From Chlorokybus atmophyticus (taxonomy: Eukaryota; Plantae; Mesostigma and Chlorokybus algae): DNA of 64,000 nucleotides. A program made the position numbers and the translations under genes. The number at the start of each line of letters is the position of its first letter. Within the stretch, counting starts at the first letter, position 1. The DNA lies in assembly GCA_009103225.1 (NCBI GenBank), contig RHPI01000003.1, positions 218,900-282,899 of the forward strand. Reading direction: 5' to 3'. The notes under the pieces are model-generated. The model worked only from the letters and a program-made list of their open reading frames with translations. It was not told the DNA's origin and made no database searches. Positions 27,101 to 39,428 of the stretch are shown here, piece after piece.

Positions 27101-28131
27101 GCACAATCTCCGCGGCAGTGCGCACGAACGACAAGGGACCGTTGTTGAGGAGGTAAAAGTGCATGTGGGCGCGCGTCCCACCCTCCTGCAGGTATATGTG
27201 TGTTGTTCGTGGTGACCCAACATGACCCAACATGTGTGCTGTCTTACTTGCAAGCGGGAGCGCCAGAAGTGTGCGTGTTGGCGGGCATCGTGCATGCGGT
27301 AGAGCAGGACGGCAGATATCGCCTGGGCCGCGCGGAAGAAGGCACCGCAAGCCGCACTCGCGCCTCTGGTGGTCATTGCAGTGAATGAGTAAAGGTTCAA
27401 CTGTTATGTGTGTTGGCAATGTGTGGTGACGGTAGTCAAACAGACCATGTGGCGTGCATGCGTGCGTGTCAAGGCCTGTTGTTGCACGAAGTGACGCCAA
27501 GCGTTGGGACATATCTGTGAGCAATGTGCAATGCTTGCAAGGCAGGGCCAGGCAAGGGCAACGGCTATTTGCTGGTGCTGCAATGATGTTGAATGACTAC
27601 ATCTCTTTTGCTGACAGCCGACACTCATCCTTGCAGCCCATTTGCAAACTGCAACTACACGTGCGTGTGCACATGTGAGTGAGCAGTTGCGTACACGTGC
27701 ATGTGCACGCAACACACGCTCACACAAGAGCGTCTGTTATCTGTAGGTGTGCACAGATGCATGCGCGCTTTCACACACGCATGCATGTATCTTCATAGCA
27801 GGTCGGCATGACGCATGCAATCTTGTCCAGCCTCATCTTGGATCGCCGTCATGAGGAGCGCCACACTCAATCAGAGACAAGAGCCTGGGACCGCTGGTTT
27901 GAGAGTGTCATGCACTGTTATGAGACTGCCATGCATGGAGGATCGGTGTGAACATCTCAGTTCAACTCAACGTCAAAGTCCAAGTTCAAGACCAAGTTAG
28001 AACCTGAGTGAGGGGTCGGCGGCGGCCGCCTCCGCGAGTGAGGCCGCCAGCTCCGCCTTCTCCCTTGGATGGACGACGGGGAGCGCCCGCCGCTGCCGCC
28101 GCCGCACCAGCCGCAGCGTCCGCCGACCCAT
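24168..28131 (-). CDS. DGS1: DGS1 / NCA2-domain mitochondrial outer membrane protein
   Basis: Exons encode HAHFWRSRLQ, FYLLNNGPLSFV, PHALKRNWIQYT, EDELRHPVRNLIGGDLARAMLIQ|VQKVKVETESALLAMDQILRANQFNFAILAAVPA and SIQEDVLALASP. Putative ATG at 28131. Confidence 0.9.
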
Positions 28132-28978
28132 CGCCGCGCCTGGCCTGTGTCTGCCCGCCAAGACTAACTCAAACAAGCATGGAGTGTTATATCCCTGCTT
28201 ATCCCGGCCTGCATGGCGCCGGCGGCGTGGCCGCCCTCCTCCTCGACGCCGTCCGAGGTGGTGCCGGCGTTATTATCGTTGGTATATCCTCTGGGTGGAA
28301 CACTTACAATTGCATTATCTGCTGATATTGCTCACGCATCAGTGTTAGCAACAAGATCGGTGCAGTCGAAGCGAGTCTCGTCAAGTGAGCCGCCAGCCTG
28401 GGATTTCAAACCATGGTGGTTGTGAATGCTTGGAACTGGCGCACCATCAACATCAGCAGTAAACTGCGAGCTATATATCAGTGGTTGTCTTTTTGCTCTG
28501 CTCTAGTACTGGAAGACCATCAACATGAAGCCATCCTGGAGCACAACATGCAACTTCAAACACTTTGATGTATGGACAGGACTGCTGCTTGACTCACAAC
28601 ATACTTGCAGGCCCATCACGGCTGTGCTGCATACTACGAGCACATAGTGCATGTAGGGCACATGTTGGCAAAGCCCCTGTGATACCTGAAGTACTGATCT
28701 TACCTGTCTTTGTGGCTAGTTTTCTTGCTGCTTGTCGTGCTGCTTGTCGTGCATTTGAATTGCTTCTTTACCCCACGACTTATACCTTATACTACTCCAA
28801 GTCCAGAGGACCTTTGTTTATGCTGCCCACTTGGTGTGTGTATCGCTTGCCACATGCTCATGCTGATTTGACCACACATCCTCATTCTATGTGAGCCAGA
28901 TGCACAGCAACAGTATCTGCTCAACCGAGACGACAGCTAACCATAACTCTAGCACTGTGATAACATCTACCGTTATAT

Positions 28979-31360
28979 CTAAATAAATGGTAGCATAGCG
29001 TACTCTGAGTAGAACAAGTACCAGATGAAACGGTAAAACGACGCCAGTGCATCCTGCAATACAAGGCAGGCAGGCAGGTTAATGCACAATGCAACAAGTT
29101 GGCTAAGCACGCTATGCAGAGGGGATCAGCCTCACCTGAGTGTATCTCCTAACATCAAGCTGTCTGAGTTGCCAAAGCAGTGCTGCACCAAGCAGGGAAT
29201 GTGCACCAGCCATCAACGCTACGTTGAACGCCTGCATCAGATAATCCACATTAAGAAAGCACGCCATGCAAGAACGCAACAACGGGGCAGCAACGGATGT
29301 GTGGTGCTGAATGTCACTTACTTGTGGATAGACCACTGTAAGTGCGGCCGCGCCTATATAGTTGGCTAATAGCAGACTGCAGCCCAAAATGGAGATGTTC
29401 TTGACACCCAGTCGTGTCGCAAACGTGCTGATATTATTACTGCCGAACCAACAACATCAGTTGCGCACAGGTTAGTTTGCAAAGCAACCCCACCAATACA
29501 ATTGCAATATTGAGAAAGGCACTTACGCTCGGTCTCCATCCACGTCTGGCAGATCCTTTGTGATGGCTATAACTGTTGCAAACACAGTCACAAATACCGT
29601 GATAAACGCCACAGCTGGACTGTACATATGAAGGCGTGTCAGTGACACCCATGACGATGGCAACTGTGTCACATAATCACCCAATATGCCAACACATCGT
29701 GCCTCTCACCTCCACTGGAATGGCAATCCAAGTGCCGCCCTTGTCGCATAGTACACTCCAAAATTAAGCAGCAGTCCACGCACAGTGGCTATGATGAGAA
29801 AAGCGGGGAGGGGGAAGCGCTTGAGGCGAAAGGGAGGAACCGAGTAGATGGTACCAAGCCCCAACCCAAGTGCGTACAAACCTGTGAAGAACAACTGTCA
29901 ATTTTCAATCTAGTGTACAACCTACCATACACAGCGCTTGTGTCTATCGTACGCACCCGTTATCAAAGATCCAAAGTTGCGCGCAACAATGCTGATGCCA
30001 GCGACTGCAAGCAGCGCGCACAGCGCCCATGCCGCAGTGGGGCTCAGTTCCCCTGCAGCCACAGGAAGGAACGGCTTGTTCACGCGATCAATGTCAACAT
30101 CATATATCTGGTTAATCCCCACAATGTAGCCGTTTCCGCAGAGCTGCGCAGGAAGTATGTGGGTCAACAGAGTCTACGATGAGAAATGCAGCAACTTCGT
30201 CCACACTGGTCGTGAGCAAGCCCCCCTCCCCNNNNNNNNNNNNNNNNNNNNNNNNNNNNNNNNNNNNNNNNNNNNNNNNNNNNNNNNNNNNNNNNNNNNN
30301 NNNNNNNNNNNNNNNNNNNNNNNNNNNNNNNNNNNNNNNNNNNNNNNNNNNNNNNNNNNNNNNNNNNNNNNNNNNNNNNNNNNNNNNNNNNNNNNNNNNN
30401 NNNNNNNNNNNNNNNNNNNNNNNNNNNNNNNNCCCCCCGCCCAAAAACAACAAACAAAAACTCACAACAATTTCGCCCTGCTGCTCTTCACTACATGATA
30501 TTACCCCTGAAAAAAAAAAACCCTTCCTCTTCCCCCTTCCACCGACCAGGGGTGGGTCGCATGGCCATGGTGTGCATGCTGTACATATACTCGCATGCCT
30601 TGATATGCAACCTTCCATCTACCATGCTACACTTGGTCAACCACGTTACATTACGCTGCATAATGGTGGTAATGCAACGTAAAGAGATCGCCACTCACAC
30701 AGGCTATATGATAGTGTATATATCTGCATGCCTTTGCTGTCATTTGCGGTAGCAATAAGGTGCGAGCGCATTGCATACAAGAAGCAACACGACCGTAGCT
30801 GGCCTGGTTGACAAGCTACGAGTGACAAGCAGCAGTTGCATGCAAACTGGCCAAGAACTGAAGTCAAACTCAAGAAAGCTTCGCACAGGTGCATTGCATC
30901 CACTTGTTACCAGAGCAAGCAGACCCAGCAGCGCCCGCGGAAGCAGCGCCCAGTCCAGCACAACCTTCGCTGCAGCAGCTTCCTTCAGGGCGCGGGCAGT
31001 GAGCGCAGTGGTGCCCAGCAGCGTCCCCCTGATTGTGTGAGGCCTGAGGAACTTCCAGAATGCGACGGCAAAGTCGCTCGCTGTGCCCTCAGGAGCCACC
31101 TGCCCAGCAGACGCCGCCTCCGCCCTCACACAGAGCCCCCTCTGCTGCTGCTGCCGCCGCCCACACCGCCCCGCACCCAGCCCAGGACGACCACCCAACA
31201 AGCAATGCCGCCTTGAAAGCGGAGGCAGCACCGACGACCTGGACAACACTGAACACGACAATGTTGCAGACGGCTTCAAAGCCACCGTCTTCCCACCCAC
31301 CGGCGTCACCGCCGCCGCTACCGCCGCCGCCGCCATGCTGGGCGACGTGGCTGTCTGCAT
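28979..31360 (-). CDS. HST: Homogentisate solanesyltransferase (UbiA family, plastoquinone synthesis) with plastid transit peptide
   Basis: Motifs [62 protein letters not shown] and [15 protein letters not shown]. An assembly gap lies within an intron. Confidence 0.96.
30232..30432. other. Assembly gap (N run) inside an HST intron
   Basis: Run of n, flanked by C tracts. Confidence 0.99.
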
Positions 31361-31671
31361 GCTCCACGTCTAGGGTTAGCACTCCTATAGGATCAATCCA
31401 GATCAACAGAACCACCTCCATGTTGGACAACAGACAAATCCAATCGTCAACCTGGATCGGTCAGGCGCTGAGCAAGCTTTCATGAGAAAAGGGACCAGCT
31501 GGGACAGCTCACAAGCGCTCTCAATACGGAAAGTTGATTTGTTGCCCAATTGATGACAAAAAGTAAAATCAAAACCGCTGCATGTGTGCCCTGACAGACG
31601 ACTGCAACGTGTCAGGACAAGGCTCAGCGGCGGGATTGGCAGCGGCGGCGGCGGCGGCGGCGGCGGCCGGG

Positions 31672-34600
31672 ATGGCGTCAGTGGCAGCGGTGCTAGTAGT
31701 GGGGTTGCTATTGTTGGTGGTGCCGGTAGCTCACGCAGCCAAATGGACCGTTTTGGTGTACTTGATGGGTGACAACTCGCTGGACTGCTTTGCGCTCTAT
31801 GTGAGTAGGAGAGCACAGCAGCAGTAGTGCTTCCTTTTGCCTGCTGCCCTAGTTTGAGATTGTTTACTGCGCAAGTTGCATTTCGTCGTGATCTGTTTCT
31901 TGCACAAGCAAGTAGTTCATGTCGGGACGTTGACTGGTCAGCAATCAGCTTGCTTGTATATTACGAGCTAGAGACTATTTGCTACTGCAAGCTGAACACA
32001 TAGGACGCTAGCATGCTTCACGCACGATCAAGCTTGAGCTGGTTTGATTGTGCTGCGCTCTTCATCATGGCCTTTTGCACAAGCAAGTAGTTCATGTGAG
32101 GAAGTTGACTGGTCAGCGATGAGCTTGCTTTGATCTCACGAGCTAGCAACGTACTTTGCCATTTCAAGCTGAACGCATAGGACGCTAGCATGCTTCACAG
32201 TCGAGCTTGAGCCGATTTTGTATGTTGTGCTTGAAAGCTTGTGACCTCACACTTGTTGAGCCAAGCCTTGGGCTTGATGTGCTTACTTACTGCTGGCACT
32301 GATTGTCACAGAACCTTAATGCTCTGGCTTCTGTGAGAGGTGCGGGCTCAGAGGTGGGTGTACATGCGTGCTTTGCTCTGTTGACCTCAAGAGCTACACT
32401 TGCTGCACGTTGACGCTTTGGAGTTTTGGAGCTTGAGCAGGCAAGTGCGCGCTGTAAGCTTGTTTGTCTTTACAGGTCAACTTCTTTGTCTTGGCCGATC
32501 TCGCCTCGCAGCAGACCTCATGCACTGGGGTATGCTACTTACAAGCAAGCAATATGATATGTGTTTAGTCGTGCTGCCAGCGGTGATGTGTTAATTACTT
32601 TGTTATGCAGGTCTACAATGGCAAAAGTGTTGGTGGCGTCTCGTTATGGGCTGGTGCAAAGGCAAGCATAGCGGAAGTGCTGCGTGAAGCGTGCATGTCT
32701 AGTAGTGTGTCCTGCTAAATTTTGAAGAGAATGTCGTCATGTCTTGTGGACAGGATTTTGCGCTGCAGTCAGACGGGTCACTCAAGACGCTCAAAACATA
32801 TGGTGTGCTGGATCTGTAAGTGCTGTGGTCACTTGTTCTCGGTCCAGTAAACTGTACCCTCAGTAATTGTGAACAACTGTTTGTACCCTGATTAACTGTG
32901 AACAACTGTTTGGCAGAGCTGATCCCAGTGTGTTGAGGGCGTTCATTGCTCGGGGCATTCAGAGCTACCCAGCTGGTATGCCTCTGAATTTGTAACCATA
33001 ACAACTAGTTGCAGCATCAGCAAACATAAGCCAAGTACAGTTTCTTGAAGTTAGCTTACATGTCATGGCATGCAGATCACTACTTCTTGATCCTTTGGGA
33101 CCACGGCGGTGGGTAAGGACTTTTGTTGTAGGTTATTGTTGTATTTGTTGCTTTCCGCTGCGTGTTTCGACCTAAGATTGGCTGCAGGTGGTCAGGATAT
33201 GGCTTGGATGACACGCCCGGGCAACAGTACCAAGACAGTATGCACTTCTGCCGTGCATGATGTTTGCTTTTGAGCAGAGTACTTGCCTTCTGAAACAGTA
33301 GCTTTGGCACAGATGGACAGACATACACGGGGCCTACCGGAACCTTGACCATGCCGCAAATTGGCGATGTGGTGTCCGGCGCGCTGAGCGACGCTGGAGT
33401 TCAGAAGCTGGACATCATCGGCTTTGATGCTTGCCTCATGCAAACTTATGATGCCAACACCGCCTTGGCACCATACACCAACTACGTTGTTGCGTCTCAA
33501 GAGCTGGAGCCTGGCACTGGGTGGGATTACAGCGTGTTTCAACAACTCGTCAACAATCCTAGCATGAGTGCGCTGGTATGCGTTGTAGTCCTGTGGCTGG
33601 CTGCATCGTGTAGTTTGTGATTACCCCGCGTGACACTGAAGTATGCAAGTCAATTGGCAGTCGTCTGTTGTCGCAGCTGTGGCTATGTACGCTCAATTTG
33701 CAACTGACCTATCATCACGGATGCATGCAGGATATCAGCAAGGTAATTGCGGATGGGTACCTGGCCCTCTCTTTGGAAACTGGCGCCACTGTGATATCTC
33801 TTGCTGTCGCGGATATGTCAAAGTTTGCAACGCTGGCATCTTCGATGGACACCTTGGCTAACAGCATGTCCAAAGCATTCAACAGCTCTCTTGCATCCTT
33901 GATTGTTGACGTGGGCCTGGTTCGCGGTGCGGCAGTTGAGGTCAGTGTTTCAAGTTGGTTCGCTGTGTATGATACTTGTCGTAGGTATGCAGAGTTTGCT
34001 CAACGAAATTGTTTTTTACCCACGCTCAGATGGTGGAGTTTTCCTCTACGCTCAACGCTCAGTACAGCTTGATTGACCTTGGAGAGTTCTTGTCAAAGTT
34101 GCAGCCAAGTTATGGTGAGCTCGACAGCCAAGCAACTCAGGCACTCGCAGGTGCCGGCACAGCCGCGTCCCAGGTATTGTGTGCTTGTGCAGCACGCCTG
34201 TAGGTAAAATTGACAATGGTTATGTGTTCACACACATATGTGTGTTTGCAGGCATACAATGATACCATAGTATATGTTGTACGGGACCGCTTCGAACTGT
34301 TCCAGGGAGCGACGGGCATGAGCATTTACTTCCCCAGAAAAGTGTCAGACTACTCCGCTTCATACACGAGTTATGTGGGTGGAGGCGGCCGTTGGGTAGG
34401 CACTCTGGGAGCCTTCTACAACTCAGCGAGCATCTTGCAGGTAAGAATTGATATAACGCGCGCAGCGGTTGTGTCACGTAGAAGTTGTGGAAATCTTGTC
34501 TTGTGCTTGTGGTGCGCGGTTGTAAACACATCAAGTCCTGACCGCTCGTTGTATACTGCAGAGGACAGACGCGAACCCACTCTCGTGGGGTCCAGCACAG

Positions 34601-35813
34601 CAGATTGAGATTGTAAACCTTCCTGACTACCCCAACGAGCCAGACATCACTGCTCGCGTTAATCTGACCAACCCAGGTGTGTGGCCAATGTTTCTGGAAC
34701 AGATTGATATTCTTCCTGCACATGCCATGCTGACCTGGACATGCGCAGATCGTGCTGGTTTTGTCGAGCTGTACGCGGGTTACAATTTCAACAACCAAAT
34801 CCTCTTTGTTGCCAGTAGCTATGCGACAGTTGATCTAGGCTCTGGTGTTGTGACGGGCACGTGGGACGGGTACATCTTCTCGCTGGAACAGGATGGTGGC
34901 TTATTTCACAGTGCAAAGACAGCTACGGTGTATGCCAGCCAGCAGGTGGGAATTACATGTCTTATGTGAACATGCTTGCCTCATGAGTCGATATGTGATT
35001 TCCAAGGGCTATGTGTTGCGACAGGTTGTTGGCACTGGCTCGGATGAAGTCCTGCAGGTCACATTTGATGTGGCGTACACCCCCTCGGGGTCTTCTCAGC
35101 AGCCGCTGAAGGGAACTCTGCAGCTGCAGTACAACTACACTTCCGGCACATCGTCTCCGTTGATTCTCTACGTGCTGCAGGGCGACTCCATCTCGCAGGT
35201 GCATTTGGCTCCCCATGCATGCGCTGTTGCTTGCGTGCATCACACACATGCGTCACTCAAAGAGTTTGTGGCTGTTGTTGTCGCCCACCCGTGTGAATGT
35301 GCTATCACGCGCTTCATGCTGGCATCAGTGCACATGTCATATGTGCGCCAAAACCAGCAAGTCCACACGCGTGCGACATGTTGCTGACAATTGCCAATGC
35401 GGCAGATTCCCTCCTCGCAAGGCGGTACTCTTCGGCCGCTGGTGTACGCAACGGATCCGGGCAGCCAGAGTTTTACAACGTTCGGGCCGGCATATCTCAC
35501 GAACGAGGACCTGCTGGACTGGTCGGCGGACAACCCGATTAAGCTGACAAAGAGGCATGTCCTCAACAACAGCGTCAAGTCGTACACGTGCAGCGACCTG
35601 CGGCTGGTGCTGGTGGCGAACGACTGGGCGCAACGCGAGCTGGCTGCCACTGTATCGGGCGCGCAGGTCGGCTGCATCACAGCGAATGCAAGCTCCACAA
35701 GCACGCCCGGCCCGCGCTTCACTGGCAACTCGGCTACCGGCATGCAGCCGCCGCGCATGCTGCTGCTGCCGATGTTGCTCTCATGTATCATCATGCTAGG
35801 CAGGTTACTGTAG
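31672..35813 (+). CDS. Secreted clostripain (peptidase C11)-family cysteine protease with hydrophobic C-terminal tail
   Basis: Signal peptide followed by KWTVLVYLMGDNSLD. Catalytic His motif YFLILWDHGGGWSG, catalytic Cys motif LDIIGFDACLM, and YVVASQELEPGTGWDY. C-terminus GNSATG-MQPPRMLLLPMLLSCIIMLGRLL*. Confidence 0.9.
31900..32230. repeat. Tandem duplication of a ~175-bp unit in clostripain intron 1
   Basis: ttgcacaagcaagtagttcatgt...gctgaac(a/g)cataggacgctagcatgcttcac occurs at about 31900 and about 32076. Confidence 0.9.
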
Positions 35814-36845
35814 GCCTACTTGCACCAGTTTGAAGTTCTTTAGACTGCCAATGAGACTGTCAAGCCTTGTTGGTGGGTCAACAATAGCCGCAGCTTAGCA
35901 GATTCAAGCCTTGTCTATTGTTGCTCTGTTGTGTAGAACACCAATTCAATTTGATTGTGGTTGCACCAAGCAGCAAATCACGCACCAGGAGCTGACCTAA
36001 CACGGGCATGCACACAACACGTTGTCGCCAGCAGGATCTGGAAGTGGACTCCTGGGTTGTGCCATGAGATGTACACGTGCACAAATGGGTGTTTGCACCA
36101 GCACGGACCATGTGCGTGTTAGCGTAGAGTAGTGCTTTTTGCTTCCGCTTGAGCCAAGCAGTGCGACAGCTAGTGCGGTAGCTACGACACCTTCTCAACA
36201 ATACCGCTGGCCTATGTGTTCAGTGCAACGCCATGGCACTCAGGTGAAGGCGACCATTTTGCCATGACTGCAGGCCCAACAATTACTGGTGCACAAGATA
36301 TGGAAGGTATAATGTGTGGGTGCGGATTATGTGATTGCCCATATTGCAACCTATGCAAATGCAATTTACACGACAGTTGCACACAGACACTGTACAGACA
36401 CAATTTACTGTTATGCACAGAGTTGGTATAATGTGATTGTTACTCGCAGGTACTTGTTCATTGTTGCAGGAGGGGATTGTGCAAGGGTTTTACCTGCTGG
36501 TCAAGCAAACAGCATATTACTGTTACACAACGTAGTCAACCAATGTTCCGCACTCGTGCTTGAGTACAACTTGCTTGCATAAGGTTTTAGATGCGTGACA
36601 CGCTGCGCAACAACCAACCTGCGAATGGGTGCAAATACTCTCGAATGTCACTCAACCTGTCACGGAGCAGCTGTAGTAGACACGCTCCAATGAACTTCAT
36701 TTACAAATCACTCTTGTATGCGATTATGATACTGAGTACTCTCCATCCATGGGGACATTCGCTTTGCACATAAGCAACTTGAATATATTACATATCTCTA
36801 TACAGCCACAAATCAGCTAGCTGCTCTACACTACGCACTCAACGT

Positions 36846-38161
36846 CTAGGCCTTCTTGGCCATCATAAATCTGTCAACAATGAAGTAGCCAGCAAGGAAA
36901 GCAATGGCAGCGATCGAGAAGACCACAGCTGCAGCGATCAAACCGCCAGAGACGGAGTCAATGCCTGCGACAACGCGATGCCAGTATCAGCACCTTTTGC
37001 ACACGCTGTAGCAACAAAGGGTTTCACACGCGCACATACGCATGTGTGGGTAAACACAGGTGCACATGCAGACACACGCGTACACCCACACCCATAACCA
37101 GCTCGTACTTTGGACTTGGAATGGTTGACCCTTCAGCAGCGGGGCGGGCGGCGGGGCCGTGATGTTGTACACAACAGACTGTCCCCAAGCAACCTCATGG
37201 TTGTCAGAGTCCAGCACGTACACACGGATGAAGTAGATGGCAGTGCCAACATTGTTTTCGATCTGCACATTGACAACAGCACATCTTGTTACAAAATGGT
37301 ATGGTACAAAGCGATGTGCTCCAAGAGCGTCATCGGTCCATCATGCGAACCTCATACTGGGTGAGGTTGCCACCATCAGCGCTGAAGGGGATGTTCTTGG
37401 CGATGCTGTATGTGCCGCACTGCTTGTCCTTGAACAAGTAGTCTGAGCGCTTGCGCCAAGCACGGTTCACCAGTGACGGGGCACCAAAGCACAGGCGCAC
37501 CTGCACACAGCGAACATACGTGAGCTGACACTCGTGTGCCACCACCACCATCAACATGCATGACCTTGCTTTGGAGGTGGCAAACAGCACATTCAATCTG
37601 ACGCTTGTAGGCCACGTGCACAAGTCCATCACATGAGAGAGCACTCCATGCACTACACCGAACAACATGCTTGTTGAGCAGCACATGCTTGGCATGTGCT
37701 GCTCAAACTACACAGTCATGCACCTACCGAGAAATGGTCGTAGTTGCTTGGGATGCCTGCGGCGAGGGAGGAGTCGGAGGTATTGAGCTTCCAGTAAGCG
37801 GAGATGTGCCCCTCGCCAGCCTTGACAATGGGGGTGTAGCTGGAGTCGCCGGTCGAGGTCGCGTTGATGCCTGGAGCAGGCGGGTTGATGGGGTCAAGCA
37901 CCTCGTGCGTTACCAGCAGGTTCTTCGGCAGCTGAGACAAGTCTGGAAAAGACAATGACAATCATGCTCAAAAGCACGCCAGTGGCATACAAAAAATGTC
38001 CGATTCACCCTGCCCATGTTACTGTCATGCACGTCAACAGTACGGCGATGACAATATTGACAAGCATCCTGCTCACATGGGCTCTTGCCGTCCGCCCACA
38101 CCGCTCTCAAGCAACCCAGAAGCGCCACACACAGCACGGCTTGCCGCAGCCCCCTCGCCAT
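36846..38161 (-). CDS. NAR2: High-affinity nitrate transporter accessory protein NAR2/NRT3
   Basis: Signal peptide, then VRLCFGAPSLVNRAWRKRSDYLFKDKQC and TAIYFIRVYVLDSDNHEVAWGQ, then a C-terminal TM segment (GLIAAAVVFSIAAIAFLAGYFIV). Confidence 0.92.
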
Positions 38162-39428
38162 AGTGTCCCACCCAAGTCTTTTGTCACACCTCGTTTGCCT
38201 GCTCTCTCAGCAATGCGCGCGCGTTCGCCCACAACTACACCGCCGCTGCTGTCGCCGCCGCTGCTACTGGCCGCACACAGCTCGCATACTGCCAGCAGCT
38301 GAGTGACCAATTATACTGCTTCAGCACTTGTGTTTTTCGGGCATGAGACCGGCGATGCCCGGGTGCGGGCTGCAAGTGGCGATTGCAGCACGCGAGCCTG
38401 CACTACCTATCCCCCCCGCAAACAAGCGGTAGCAGCTTGCGCCTTCGCCGAAGAGCCATTCCTAGTTTTCGTGAACGGAGGAAGGTGGACGCTGACCGCG
38501 GTTCAACCCGAAGCGTCGTTCCAGTTTAGAACAGCCCATGCGCACTAACCCCGGCCCAATTTTGCAGCGAAGAGGCAGATCTCAGATCTCAGTTGGCGGC
38601 TGACTTGTGTGACATTCAAACCAATCATCAGCGCCCAGTCCACTGGACTTCTCGTGCATGACTCCGTCCATGCAAGCCTGGAACCAGTGTACGACGGGGT
38701 CTCGGATAGGTCATCATCTGCTGTCCTAATGTACAAGTGCTAGGCCGTCTTTTGTGTGACGGCCGGCCCCCAGCTACTGATCCACTAGGCGCGCGGCTCG
38801 CGGGCGCGCATGCGGGTTACTACTCACCGTGAGTGGCTTCATTGACGCCACTCCGAGGTTCATTGGCGCCAACGTGCGAAGACAGGACCCGTCCGGATTC
38901 CAAGCGCCGGCCATGCTGGTCCCTTTTCGGTCAATTTTTCTGATCACACTAACTGTGCTGTGCGCCAGTGTCTACGGCAACTTATTATCAACTTGGTTTT
39001 CTTGAGGGCTGAGATAACCGAGTTGAGCCGGACGCTTGAGGCGACCATCTGCCTCCATGAAGCTTCACCGAAAGTGTGGCTTTCTCGGTCAGCGGCGCTC
39101 CTGTTTAACCAAGGGGCAAGCCACCACCGTGAGGGCAAACACACTGGAGTCCACTGGCCACACTCCGCTGGCCCCAACTTCACTCAGCTTGGCCACTGCT
39201 GCTCTGTGCTTGGCCGCGCACCGTGAAATACTTAAGGGCTGAATTGCGAGTAAGGAAGTCAGCATAGTCATCGACAGCGGCGGCGGTGGTGGCGGTGGCG
39301 GACTCTGGCTTGGCGTCAGGTTGTGCCTTGTGAATCTCTTGGTGTTGGAGATTGGTGAGATTGGTTTGGCGTGGTGCGCTTGAAGGGGCCAGTAGCACAG
39401 TACACTTGGTAGCAGCCAGGCCAGCGCC

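Noticed and set aside
21900-27800. Many H/T/A/R- and C/V-rich ORFs in the ORF track
   Set aside because: Translation artefacts of CA/TG intronic repeats.
38545-38736. 63-aa ORF in the NAR2-NRT2 spacer
   Set aside because: No recognisable motif and a length expected by chance.
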